Made by a program: the position numbers and the translations under genes
Assembly (NCBI GenBank): GCA_964270895.1
Contig: OZ185435.1
DNA from: Podarcis filfolensis
Taxonomy: Eukaryota
DNA: 64,000 nucleotides
Strand: one strand, 5' to 3'
In this document: positions 1 to 14,200 of the stretch, one piece after another
How the letters are laid out: each line of letters begins with the position of its first letter
How positions within the stretch are numbered: the first letter of the stretch is position 1
The notes under the pieces: generated by a model
The model's database searches: none
What the model was told of the DNA's origin: nothing
The model's input: only the letters and a program-made list of their open reading frames with translations

Positions 1-135
1 AAAACTGGAAAAAAGCAAGTCATTGGTCATGCAATCATTCAACAATCCCCATGCAGAAGAGCCTCAGAACTGGCATGCCAGCAGTGGCCCTGGAAACAGG
101 GATACCAGGAAGAAGCACCGTTCTGTGCTACTCAC

Positions 136-3100
136 AGGGCACATAATCAGGGTTGCGGTTTTTCTTGATGTTTGCTTCACGCTGCGCAGCCTCACAGGCA
201 TTAGGCTCAGCCTGGTATGCACACAGCGCCTGCCACTCCTTGGCTAACCGGTCACGGTTGCGCAGGTGGTCCTCCATGTATGCCTACAGGCGACGGGGGG
301 GGGGGGCAGCATCATTACCACCTCCTAAACATGTCCACTTGCACAAGCACATCTGCACATACACTACCCCAGACAAGTAATTTTAAACATGCAATTTTAT
401 TACGCAGATGTTGTTTGAAACTGCTGGTTTTATTTATATTATGAAAAAAAATGTTTTTAATGTTCGCTCTTACCAGTGTTCTTCATTTATATTTTTGTTA
501 ATATTTATTTTATTAACCTTTCAAATTTTGCAAATTCTTTTAAACAACCATCAGAGCAAATCTCTCATTTCCATTGACTTTCTATCCACCTTTCCACGGC
601 AGTTCTTTTCTGACCTTATAAAGCTGCTATATTACTTATATTTTACCCATTATATATGTTAATTATAAATTATTAAACTACAATTCTCATCTGCTGCTAT
701 ACTTCAAATCCTGCATACGTTTTAGCATAACCATGGTATTTTTTTTCAAATGTTTCTTCATATTTCATATTGTTTTATGTAAACCACATAAGAGGTTCTT
801 GTTGATTAAGCAGAATATCAGTTCTGCCAAATAAAGAAATAAAAGGTCCAGGGGTAGCCAATATGGTGCTGCCCAGATGTTCTGGACTGGAGTTATGGCC
901 CTAAACATCTGGACGACACTGTGTTGGCTGTCCCAGAAATAGCCAACCATTAAAAAGGAGACTGCTGATATCTATAGGCCAAGATCCATGGGGAGCAAAA
1001 GACAGCAGGGGCACTGCTGTGTACTATCTGAAATCAGAAATCTTGTCATTTCATCTACTATCATTTTGCCCACACATAATAATTGTATGTCTAAAGATGG
1101 GAACCTGTGTTGCTTCAGATATGGTTGAACTCCACCATCCCTTTGCCTCAGCCAGTATGGCCAGTGGCCAGGGATGATGGGAGTTGGGGTCCAATGTCAC
1201 TTTTAAGACCACAGGTTCCCCACCACTAGTCCATAGCACCTCTGGTTGTTGCAAAGTATCTGGCAACTTTGCACCTCAATAAAGCCTGTACCTCCACACA
1301 GAAACACACACGGTGCAAACACGCCTCACCAGAATCATGTGCCCAGTAGAGATGTCCATGTTGGATTGCACAGGCTCCTCGCACCAGGATGGTGTGCTGC
1401 TGTGGGAGCTGGGGCTGGCCTGGGGCGCATCGCTGAACTGTGAGGAGACACTGCTGACGCGGGAATTCTCCGCCGGAGCGGAGGGCGAGGGAGCTTCGGC
1501 ACGGCCAAACAGTGATTTGGCAGCCATGTGCTGCCGACACAACTCCTGTGGGAAAGACACAGCTGCAGCAGCTAATGTACTAAAGATCTGCCACAGGCAG
1601 GGCGAACGTCAGAGGCAACAAAGCAGTGTCCTTGCACACAAAGCTCCTCTTCCAGGACAGAAGCTTTGTGGCTCCTCCCAAACTTTGGGGAAACAGCCCC
1701 AATTTGCAGCTCTTTGCAAAGGGCAAAATGGGCTGCACCGTACCTGGTATTCAAAGGTGCTGTCAGCCGCTCCCTCAGGCCCCAGCCCTGCCAACCGCTC
1801 TTTCTCTCGCTGCTTGGCATGCTGGCGCAGACAGAAGACCACCGCGGCGGCTATCACAATGCCAGCCACGCAGGCCAGCAGGACAAAGGTGAGCAGCACC
1901 GAGCGGAAGGTGTCGCCAAAGTGTGTGGGGTGCGGGTAGGTCGCAGCCTCGTTGCGCTGTGGAGAAGCAGAAAGGAGTCAAGAGCAGCACAGTGGGATAG
2001 GAAGGAGCTCCTGGGACAAGCAAAGGCGGAAGAGAGAGTCAAAATTGGCACATGTGGCAGTCGGTGGCTGCTGCCGCTCCCACGATCTTTGTATCATGGA
2101 AACCAACCAGGATTTCCTCTGGCTCCTTGAAGAAAAAAGTTCTCATTTCCTTGATCCACTGTGAAAACCCCAGCAGTCCATGGGCGTCCCTGCCAAACTC
2201 TTCTTCCCTACGTTACGTAATCTGCAGCCAGTACATTTCCTCCCACTCTGAACCTGCATGCTGGAAGCCCCACCACACGTGATCCAATCCCTCGGTTGGT
2301 CTCTTGCTGCCAGGGCACTGCAGGGCTGGGGAGCTCCAGGAGCTGTTGGACTACAACTCCCAGCATCCCTGATTACTGGCCACACTGGCTGATGCAAGCT
2401 GCGGTCCAATAGCATCTGGAGGGCCCCTGCCCCACTCACTTTCAAATTTGACTTGGGCGATGCTGGGCTGGTGATCCAGGATTCTCCAAGCCCCACTTCT
2501 TGACTAATCCCTGGCCGTATTCAGGTACTCGGCCTGCTCACATGCAGATAAACATGCTAGGAAGAGCAGGTCCATGTGGCTAAGCTCCACCCCATCATCT
2601 CTACACAGTTTAGAGCCTTCCATGAGTTTTGAAGGTAAATGTCAGAAGCAAGGAGCCTCTTCCACTCATACAGGCCTCCTGTAAGGATTTAAAGCCAAGC
2701 ACAACCAGGGATTCAAACTGCATTGGGTGCTTCCACCAAGTTGGGGGCAGATCTCTGCTTTAGAGCTGTGAAGGGCTCTGAACTGTGTAGAGGTGGGTGT
2801 GCTTCAGAGGGCAGGTCTGAGCAGCACAACCAACCCTGCTTCTCCGTTATCTTGCTTAAACTCTTAAATAGGGCTATGGTCAAAACCCAAAGACCACTGC
2901 AAATCCCAAGGCCTATGACCCCCCAGCTTTACCTGCCCAACACCTGTCTGTAGGATCTTCACTCCCACCTCCGTCTCCAGCTGTGGCTTCACCAGTGCTA
3001 GATGGGAAAAAGGGACAAAAAAGGAGGGACAGCTGGCAAAAGGGCAAAGGCAGGCAGGCAGGCAGGCAGTTGCTGGGGGAGTGAAGCCTTTTGAGTGGCC

Positions 3101-5231
3101 CAGGGAGTGGTGTGCTAATTGCTATCTCTGGATCACTGCCATGTTGCATGATAGCCTTCCTTACTTTGTTTACTAAAGGCAGCTGCCTTCACTGATGTTT
3201 GCCTATTGCATCTGAAGGAAGAAATGGATACTCTACACATGGACATTAACTGGGCAGGTGGACAGCAGGATAAAGGGTGGCCAAGCACCAAGTCAGGAGG
3301 TTGTAGGGCAGGAGTACAATGTTGTAGGGCAGGAGTGGGGAAGCTGTACTCCTCCCAGCCTTGCTGGTCTACCTCCTCCCTGACTACTGAATATGCTGGC
3401 TGCAACTAATGGGATTTGGAGTCCATCTGGAGTATTCTCCAGCCCTCCTGTTCCATATCTAATGTGAGAAGAATCACTAGAGTCCTTCTAGATCCAGGAT
3501 GGTGAAATGAGTCTGTAACCTGATGCATTCTCATGTGTTGCAACTATCGTTTCAGAGTCAACTTACCAGCCCTGTTGGCCACATCACCCAGAGACAGGTT
3601 TTGGTGGTTTTGACGGATGCGGAAGGTGAGAGCTGGGCCCACAACACTGCAAGGCGAGAGGTTTGAGGTTACAAGGTGTCCCGATTCCATCCTAGCACAA
3701 TATACACCCACAAAGCAGGTTGCCTCTGCTGCTTTGTGTATTACCATGTTCAACAATATCCAGTGCTATTTTTCTAGAAAAAGAGGTGCCAGGACTCAAC
3801 CTTGTTCTCTTATATTAGCAATGGCACCCACCTGAGGTGCCGGAACTGAGTTTCAGTGATTTCTGGCTTTTTTTATTGAGGGGGGAAAAAAGCCCTGGCA
3901 ATATCTAACCCTCTAATCTCATGACACCTCCTTTATTTACCAATTAGCAGCTTGGAGTCAGGCACAGTAAAGGCCACCTGTGTTTTGTCTCAGGCCAAGA
4001 AGCGATATCACAATCATAATGTTGGGTATGCAGAAGGGTTGGGGCCTAGTTCCAATTTCAATGCAAGCAGGCAACAATATGAGAAAGGGAAGGAAAGAGA
4101 GAGAGACTGTGGCCACAATGTCATCCAGTTCCTTGCCCACTTTTAATAAAAGTTGTGTCTTCGGTATAAGCCAGCTGACGCAACAACTTCCAATGCCACT
4201 TCAGGTAACCGTATTTATATAAATAGGCAAGCGCCTTGTGACCATCCAGCAATGGGAACCTGCCAGGACAGGATACATTAGCTACTTGAAAAGCATTGCG
4301 GAGATCCCAAAAGACCCCTCAGTCTTGGGAAAGGCATCTTCCTCAGGATATGCTTCCAGAACCCTCTCCAGCCTGCCTCACCAGGCTCCTCCCCTTCCTG
4401 AGGTGTCAGAGGCAGCAACACACTCCAGTTCCTTATGGATCCCCACCTCTCAGTTAAGTCCCAGTAGCACTTGCCTGATGTTGATGAAACTGGCAGTGGA
4501 CAAGTGCACGTGCTCAGCCAGGATCTCCAGGAGCCGGATGCCAGCAGCAAGACCCAGTGGCCTGCAGGTGGTGGAGACAGAGGAGAGGCCAGGAGCCAAT
4601 GGGAAAAGCATGCATGGGAGAAACATTGGGAGGCAAAAAGCGGGAGGGCAACACTTTCCTTGTACTGGTATACAACAAGCGAATGCCAACAACCTCCTGC
4701 CACCCACTCTAAGGAAACACCTAAGCAATGTAGCCCATGAGAGCTGTCAAGACAACCCAACAATCTGAACAAGATGGCAAATATGTGTTGGGATTAAAGT
4801 CCAGCTTTGCCCAAGTGCAACAGCAAGAAGCCATAGGATTTGAGGGACCAGGTGTTGAGAGAAGAACATTCCTTGTTCTCCCTCACTGAAACCTCATTTC
4901 CCCACACACCTGATGCCCTTCTTCATGTGCCCCCTCCTCCACAAGAGGGCCAGAGGGTGGCAACACAAGAAGAGGCCTTTTCTGTAGTGGCTCCCCACTT
5001 GTGGACTGCTCTCCCCAGGGAGGCTAGCCTAGCGCCCTCATTACGTATCTTCAGGTGCCATACGAAAACGTTTCTCTATAACTAGGCCTTTGGCTGATTA
5101 AGCATTCTATGGCTTTTTAAATGCGCTTATGGGAGCAGGGTTCTTTTTAAATGTATTTTGCGTTATCATTTTGTGCTTTTAAGTTGTGAACTGCCCTGTA
5201 ATCTTCAGCTGAAGGGCGGAATACAAATTTA

Positions 5232-5280
<49 letters not shown>

Positions 5281-8200
5281 GTGTGTCTTGATCTCGTGCC
5301 TATGTTAGACAAGCACATGCATTTTTACCTCTCAAATAGTACCCTATCTCCCAAATGTTAGAGAGCACACACCTCGCCCCCACTGGCCTAACTCCTATTT
5401 CCTTGGCCCTCCCCCTTCCCCCCATGTCCTGCCCCTTCCCTCACTTTTGGTCAGTGACAATGTAGCCATATTCCTCAGCAGCCAGCGCTGTCTCTGGCCG
5501 GTCCTCATCCTTGCCAGGTCCCCCTACTGATGTGTGGCTCTTCTTCATCACTGCCACCTGCCTCTTGAGGCCAGCTTCTTCTCCCTCACCAGCACGGAGG
5601 GGCTCAGGTTGTTCTGGGGAAGCTGTCGTCATGGTTATTTTGGCCTTAGTTGGGCTAAGCGTCTCCCTCTGTGCCTGCACCTGCCCCTCTGTGGGCACAG
5701 CACTGACATAGCTCTCTTGAGAGGGGGGTGGCTCCAGCTCCTCCCCATGTTGCATTTCAGCTTCTGTCACCTGAGGAGAAAGAGGCACATCACTCACCAG
5801 CACCTCAACACTTCCAATCTGCAACCACCAGCGGTTGGGTGATCCCTCCTGCCCTCTACTCCAACCAAAGCCCCTGAATCGTTAACTGTGCCTGTTCATT
5901 ATCAGCCTCAGGCTGGCCAACTCTGCCTTCAGGTCTCAGGGGCACACACCCAATCTTCTCCACAGGCTGTCCATCTAGAAACTAGCTGTGGAGGATTGTA
6001 CTATAGGGGCTGGAACAGGTTAGGTACAGGCCAAGTCTACTCCTCAGGGCAAGACGTTGGTTTATCAACTCAGGCTTCCCATACCATTTGCCCCCTGTAA
6101 ACTGTGTGAAAGCGAATTCCAACAATCTTAAGAGGACCTTAGGAACTCTGGGCTGGAGACTGCCCCTTGCCTCTAGAAGGAGCTGCTTACCCGCTTAGAT
6201 TCTGGAGTGTCTGATCCAAGCCTACCAGCTGGGGAGAGAATTAGAAGAGTATTTAGTTTTTAAGGTATGAGATCTTAAATCCTCAAGCCAACCTGGAAAT
6301 CAAACTACCCACTTTGGAACCTCTGCCCAATGTTCCCAGATGTGCAGGAGGGGGTAGGGTTGGCGTTTTGATTACATAGCAGTAAAGGTATTCTGTACAG
6401 CAAGTACACGCTCCCTTTCATTACTACTTCATGGGCTCCACAGCTAAGCACCAACACAGAAAAACAGGTTCTGGATAGAGCTCCAACTCAGATTTATCCC
6501 CAGATTGTGAGGAGCAGGGCTGGATCATCACAGTAACAGCACAGCTCGGCCCTTGTCAATGCAGACATAGTCCGGATATTGTTCCATGTTACCCCCAGAC
6601 ACACACAACCCTCTCTCCATCTCCTCTCCTTCAGCTATAGACATCCCAGCTGCCTCTTCTCCCAGATCCTCTTACTTATACCATCTTGCCGATCTTACCT
6701 GGACTCCTGAGGAGCCGGAGAAGACCAGCAAGGGAGCTGAGATGCTGGGGAGTGAGATCCTGGGGCCTGATGCCATAGCTGGCAAGCACTGCTGCCAGCC
6801 TCTCTAGTGCTCTATCTGTGGAAGGGAAATTGGGGAAAGAGGGAAGGTGTTGCAACAGCAGCCCCACTAGCACCAAGGCTTCTAGGCTGAGATAACAAGC
6901 TACAACAGGGGTGGGGATCCTGCGGCCTCCATAGGCCATTGTACTACAACTCCCATTAATCTTGACCGTTGGGCAAGACTGACTGGAGCAGATGGGAGGA
7001 GTCCAACAGCATCCACAAGAGCACAGATTCCTCACCCCTGAGCTACAAAGTGCTTGAGGAACCCCTTAGTGAAACACAGGTAGGAACAGTCTCACCTGGC
7101 TCTGCCAGGAGTGCCCGGGGCTCCCCTCTGTATTCAGAGCTGTCGCCATAGTCCGGAAAGGGGCCATCCGTCCTGGAATCGTGCTTCTGCTGCGCCATAG
7201 TTCTCGATTTACCTGTCTGCTCCTGTGTTAGGTAAAGTGCTCCCAGGTCCTGGAAAAGTTGACCTCCATCCAGTCCCTGCTGCCCCCTATAGGAGGGAGC
7301 AGTGCTGGCACCAAACAGGGCCTTAGAAGCAGCAGCTCGGTCCAGCAGAACAGGGTGCTCAGCGCTGTGAGCATTGGGGTTGTCCCGGAAGGTACCATCT
7401 GGGTAGCTGAACTGAACACAGGGAAACAGAAAGGCAATCTTGAAGTGTTCACGGCAGAGGGCAGCAGAGTGTGTCCTAACATGCAGCTAGACCCATTTTG
7501 TGCAATGTAAAAAAACAAAAGTACAGTGCAAAATAAGCTTTTGTGCAGTTAGGCATATGGGGTTTAATAAGGAGTTGGTGGGTTTCTAAAAAAGAAATAG
7601 ATGACAAAAGGAACTTTTAGGTTGAAAGGATATAGTAAAAAATTAGCAACTGAAGTGACTGATTGGAACTTATGGGTTAAAATAAAACACTATAAGCATC
7701 CCACCCCCTCTAAATATCCTTCATCCTAGCCAGCAAGAAACTTTTTCCAAAGGCAAAGTGGTGCAGTTTAGTATTCAGTGGCCTGCAGTCCAAAATCTAT
7801 CATCAGCAGTCACAGTTCTGCTCAGGCTTTGAAGTGACTCCTTCCTACTCAACGCTTCAGTAAAACTTAGGCCTCCTAAGCACATTCAGTTCTCTCCGTT
7901 TGAACAGGCCACCTTGCAAATCACAGGACAGGCCCTTGACTCTCCTTCCAGCTCTTCATGAAGACTCCTTGCCCTTACTCTGTATGCAGCACTGCTAAGA
8001 CACACCTGGTGATGTGGATATGAAGATAAGAAGGGCTCCTTGTAGCCTAGCTCAGGCTGAGAAGCCAACAGCAGCTCCAGGTACCGCTGCAGGAGGACTG
8101 GAGGGAGAGGAGGCTGATGAGCTGTCTGGAGGGAGGCAGGCTCTGGTGGCAAAGAGGATTTCCTTGGAGACAGGTGACTAGGCGGGAACCTGAAAAGAGA

Positions 8201-11200
8201 ACAGTCATGGGCAATATATTATGCTATCAATATGAAGCTTGGCATCTAGAAGCTCCCATTTCCCAGTCCAACAAGATGTGTTTTTTGCCTGCTACAATAT
8301 TATCAGGGGCAGCGCCTCTAACTCTCTGTAGGGAAGTTTTCTCATCCTGATACAGTTAAGTGTTCTTGCATCGATGGCCACTGCTTGGACATCTTGTGGA
8401 CATCATCATGGGGAGTTTCCAAATGTCATAGTGGGCTGTCTCTGTTTATTTTTAAGTCCTGCCATTTCCAGTTCTCTTCCTGGCACTTTTTGAGTTTGTT
8501 TCCACAAAGATTTGCTGCCTTATTTCTTGGGCTCTCAAGAGTCTTTGCCTTCAAAACAGTTGTGTACAGAAAGAGGGGGGAAAGCACCACAAATAAGCAA
8601 GAGAAAGAGATTTTATAGACGTGGAGAGAATAAAATGTTGCCTTAAGATTTGTTCAAAGGTGGTTCTTACGTTGAGAGTTTAAGAATAAGACATTTCTAA
8701 ATGTCTCGCAAGCTTTACAAGCTCCTGGAAGAGGAGTGTTCCGCTCTGAAATTAGTGTTGTACAAGTGAGCACTGGAGTCAGATCTCAAACCACCTACAA
8801 CAGCTTCCTTTCCCTTCAATGTGGATAAGTGGACCTTGGCTGAGAGAAGCACAGACTTCTCTGTGCTTGTTTTTGTGTTTGAGTTGTCCCTTTCTTAAAA
8901 ATTGTCATTCTGAGTGACAGACAGATGACTATCAGCTGGGAGACAAGGGAGTTCCCATTTATTTTCCAAGAGACATTTCCCCCTCTCAGTTGTGATAAGC
9001 AGATATTGGATGAAAATTAATGGCAGCAACTCAAGTAAAAGCTCACATTCCAAATGAACTGTTCCCCTTACCTGTTCTCAGCTACAGACTCCCAAGGAGG
9101 TGGAAGGTGAAGTCTGGGGATGCGTTCCATCTCCCGGGAGATCACATGTTGGGTAAGGTCATCCTGCCATGATAAACCTGCCATGAAGATGGAGAGCTAA
9201 GTCAAAGCATGGCCACAATAGCCAAGTGTTAAATCCAGCGCTGAAACTATGAATATCATCCAATCCTTGGGAAGCAGCTATACTCCAAAGAATGACCAAC
9301 TGCAGAAACTAAGACTAAAGATTTTAGCACAGCATCCCCCCAAAAATATAGGGACAGGTATTTGCCAGATAAAAATAGTAAAATGCAGGGCCCCATCCAT
9401 TTTATTGTGAATTGTATGGCTGTTATATATGCTTCTCCTTTCAATACTGTTTGCACCTGCAAAAGTTTTGGGGAAGATACACTGCTTTGTTTCGAAGCCC
9501 AACAACTTCCTGCTGAAATGCTGCACCTATTTATACCATAAATGTTCCCGTTTACTTTTTGCCCTGCTTTTGTTGTGCAACAATGCAGCAATGTTGGGGA
9601 AGCATTGCAGAACAACTAATAAAGTGGATTGAGGCATGGTTGGTCCAGTGCAAGTCCACTTCTAATGCACTATTATTGCCACAATATTTTGCAAAATACA
9701 CACACCAAAAACAACAACATCCAGCTTGGAGGAACCATAGTCTGAGCATATGTTAGATGTGCCTGATTATAGTATGCATTTATAGCATGATGCCATAGCT
9801 CAGTGCTAAAGCATCTGATTTGCATGCAGAAGATCTCAAGTTCAATGCCCAGCATTTCCAGGTGGGGCTGGGAGAGAATTTCATCTGAAATCCTGAGAGC
9901 TGCTGCCACTGCCAGTCAGTTCACACAATATTGCACTAAATGGACCAATGGTCCCACTTGGTAGAGGGTTCTCTGGTCCGGGGGGTTGGACAGACTCCCA
10001 AGTAATGTTGCCAAGACTAGAAGAAGGGGCATAGAGTGCTCTTAATTCCCTCTCCTGGTTTGTGCAGAGCTGGCTCACTTCCCTCATCTTACGTTAATTC
10101 TCCTCCTCCTCCTCCTCCTCCTCACTTACCTTGTGCCATGAGATGCCGTAGCACATCCTGCAAACGCTGGAGCACAGAGGCTGTGACCTGGAAGTACGGC
10201 TTATCTCGAAGGGAACCTTCCTGGCACTGACCAAACAATCCATCTGCAAAGATAACATGACTATGAGACAGTGGTCATGCAACTCAGGGTGGAAAGATCG
10301 GTGAAAGGAGGGGGAAGAGAAAAGTAGGGTCAGAGAATAACACAGCTAGGCAGATGAGATGGTGGATAGCAGGCTGCTGCACAGCTTATGGGGAGCTTCA
10401 ATATAGGGTGTGAATACACTGGAAACTCAAAATGTTTCCAATGAATTTCACAAACGTCCCTCCTAAGATACTTAGATATGCAAAAGCTTGAAGTTGAAAT
10501 ATACTTTCCCGGAAGTAAGCCTCATTGAATTCAGTGGGATTTAGCCCAAGGCAAACCTGGATAGGATTGCACTAAGAGACAGGGAAAGTGAAATAATTTT
10601 GTCTTGTGAGCACAAGGTGTGCAGTCACGCCTTCTACCATTAGATGCCCAAATGGACCAATATCACAACAAGGCTATAATTCATATGAGAAGCATCGAGG
10701 AGTATCTCAAGGAAACATGCCAACATGGAAAAGAAGCAAGCACTTGTCCCATTCTTGGGGCAGAAAGGCTTCCAGATCAGAGCCTGCTGCACATGTGGTC
10801 CTCTCCTCCCCCCCCCCCGCCGTCATAACAAATGCAGAAAGCATATTTTAACACAGCAGGGGAAATAAGTGTACATCACTCTGCAGCAACAGGTGCTTTT
10901 CCTCCCTGTGGACTTAATTCCCTTAATTCCAATCCATCCCAAGCTTATTTACCTTGCACACAGACTTCCTGTTGGGAGCAGAGTCTTCTGTCAAATAGGC
11001 AGCCTGGAAAGAGAGTGACAGAGACACACCAGAGTTTTCCAGAGAGACAGTATTATAATTCATATAAGAGATGCTCCAGCTTGACTGCTTCGCAGGGGCT
11101 CAGATCTACTTGGCTACTGCAAATAGTATGTATTTCAATACCTAAATTATATTACAATGTTTCAAATGAATAGAACTCATTTCTTTCTACCTTCAGGATG

Positions 11201-14200
11201 TCCTTACGTACGTATGATCTTGTTGGACTCAATTGCCACAGTGCAGTCACTGATGCATGAGTCGTATCCACCAAGAGCAGTGTGCTCCGTATTGTGGGCC
11301 CAATTTTATGGAATGCCCTTCCAGTAGAGGTCAGGCAGGCCTCCTCCCTGTTCAATTCCAGCACCTACTGATGACTTTTTAAATTATTATTCCAGCAGGC
11401 ACTTAAACTGAAGTCTGATTTTATACTTTTAATAAGTGTTTACTTTTTTATACAAGGTATTTCTTTTACCCTGCTTAGACGTGACTGTTGTCAAGTGGTA
11501 AATGAACTGTTTAAACAATAATAACAAGTTAAATAATAATCTAATCACACAGATCTATAGCTAACCCAGCAATAACCATCACCTTCAAGGACAATTCAGG
11601 AATACCGTAAGCAATGGTCACCATGACGAAATAAAGAAGCTAGTGATTAGCCTTTTTTAAAAAAAAAAAAAAGGAGGGGGCAGGGTTGACAGAAAATACA
11701 GGAATCCAACCTTTTGATAATGACATCGCCTGGATTCCCTTCTAAACCCTGAGTGAATGAAGGATGCAAAAGCAACTTTTAAACTTGTCAATGGTGCTTT
11801 ATTGCTGAGACTCAAGCTGTCTGCAAGGAGCTAACCATGGTACTGAAACTTACCAGCCCCAATCTTTGCCACAACTGAGGCAAGGAAATTAAGTCCACTT
11901 GAAGAACAGGCACAGATTCCCTATTCCCCCAAATATTAGAATGACTTTGCTACAGGGGGTGAAGGTGGAGCACCTCTCTCTCTCATTAGCTGGGCCTTAT
12001 CACTTAAAACAGTAAATAAACAGAGGAAAGGAATCAGGCAAAATATATGTGCAGCAAAGTTTCAATTAAAAATATCTGGGAGAACTGTTTCAGGAATTAC
12101 CAGATATTGTGTATGGGTGTTAGGATATACCTTTCTGGAGGCAAAACCAACACAAAAAGGGCATTGCTGTGTTTTTCCCTTTGTTAAGCTTTCAGTATTT
12201 CCTACTCTTCCCCAACCTGCCCCCCCCAATGGTGGCACCGCTTTCAAACATTTAGAAAATGACATTTAATAGCAAACAAGAGGGAGATGTAGAATGAAGT
12301 ATATAAACTAAGAACGTTCCCTAAGGGTAGATTCATATTTTATGGAGCAGATGCCTGCCATGTGTGTGTTTGTGTCTTTCAGCAACTACCATGAATCATG
12401 AAGAGCAGACCCATCTCTCTAAAGGCACAGGGACACACAGTATGTGCAACAAGGCTTAAATTGGACATTGCTCCCTCCCAGATATCTATCACCTCTGTAC
12501 ACACACACACACACTTCATTTTATGGCAATCATCAAGGCAAACAATGCTATATAAGCAGTAGACATGATTGCCGTGTAAAATGTGAAAATCCCCAGAAGC
12601 TTCCAGGTGTGCCACTGATTCTCTGGGAGGAGAAAATACTGTTATACAACGTAGCTCACCCATCCAATATGGATACAGATACTGCTACCAATAGCCCTGA
12701 GCCTACAATATCTACACAGCCAAGCTAGGCTTGGTATTGGCAACTGACTGAGAACCTTCCTTCCTGTCCCTTTGTCCAAGTGTTTATTATCCTCCTTTTT
12801 GAACCAAAAGGACAGGGCTTTTCCAGTTACTGCAGTCACAGCTCTGGAGCTCTCTTCCTTGGAAAGCCCACTTAGCTATTTGCTTTTGGTGACTTGTGAA
12901 TATATCCTTATTTCAGAAGGCATCGAGGGGTGTTTTTTAAGCATGAACAACTGCTGCTTGCATTTCTTTTCTTTTCAGTTTTTGTACTGAAGATCTTAAC
13001 TGCTGTTTTTAGTTAAAGTTTTATTGTTAGTTTTATGTACATGTGTCTTCTAAAATTTTAAGAGCTGCCTTCAGTGATTTGTTAAAGCAGAAAGGCATAA
13101 TAAAAATGTATTTTTAAAATGAATAGAGAAGGTGGCTAACAAGGACAAAATCCAAGGTGGTAATAAATTTAAAAAACGCTCAACAATTAAAAGGTCATAT
13201 ACAAGATAATGAAAGAAGTGGCAGAACGAATCATTCCCTGGGAGGCTAGACAGTTATGTTGACCATGTGCCTCACCAAAGACTCCTTAGTAAGGTTAGCG
13301 ATAGGAAAAACTAAAAAGTGATGTTAATTGCATGAAGGCACCCAATGTGTTTTTGCTATATAAAAAGCAGCAGAGAGGGAAATTGAGCTACTGGGGGACA
13401 GCGAAGGTGAGGAGGAAACTAGTATGGCTCATAAGCTCCCACTGGCAGCAGTGGATGTTCCCTTGAAATGCAGATAGCAGTTTGAGCAGCAGAGAGACCT
13501 TGGCAGGGAGATAAGAGAATTAACCCTCCCCAGGCCCTAAATGTTTACCCAGCAGCATAGGCTTCACTCAGCTATTTGTCTAACAAAACCCATGCACATT
13601 AACAGCACTCACACAATTAAGGTTGATTCTAATTTGGCCCTAACAAGTTGGGGGCCGGATTCAGAATTCCCTCCCTCCCTGGAACTGTGTGCACCAATTA
13701 TAATTTCTTATTGTAAGCATCCTTGTGTGGGCTTGCCCTAAAAGATGGGATACAAACAGCTAAAATAAAACAATTGCCCCAGGGGCCCACCTCACAAGTG
13801 GAAAACCCAGGGGTTAACCTATTCCTATTCTTACTAAAAGCTACCCAGAGCGGTTCTGAAAATGACGAGCAGTGGGGGGGCACTACCCCCCCCCACCCGA
13901 GATCTTCTATCAGGAGATAATCAAAGAGGCTATGAATCACACAAAGAAGTCTCTGGAACTGTGACGGATCGTTTGGCATTCCTGGTGTTCCAATGCATCA
14001 GAACTACACAGATTAATGCTACGGGTATCAGGACTGGAGAGAAACCTATGGGGGTCATCTGATTCAAAAGCGTGTAATTATAATTTACACAGATGGGGGA
14101 CATGGGCATACGATACCCAGCTCTGGCAAATGCTGGGTGCAAGGGACAGCCCATGAAGGCAGGTTGCTAGAAGGCGGTTTCACATCCACAGGGAGAAACG

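Noticed and set aside
1-135. Search for miR-153, which is intronic in PTPRN
   Set aside because: No TTGCATAGTCACAAAAGTGA-like sequence seen; its host intron lies further 3', outside the window.
1313-1939. 208-aa plus-strand ORF
   Set aside because: Antisense shadow of GC-rich PTPRN exons 13-14.
2440-2510. Possible 71-nt alternative PTPRN exon (phase 1 to 0, like exon 12) with a strong gtgagt donor
   Set aside because: The acceptor has no polypyrimidine tract, the phase-1 peptide shows no similarity to exon 12, and inclusion after exon 12 would hit a stop; probably chance.
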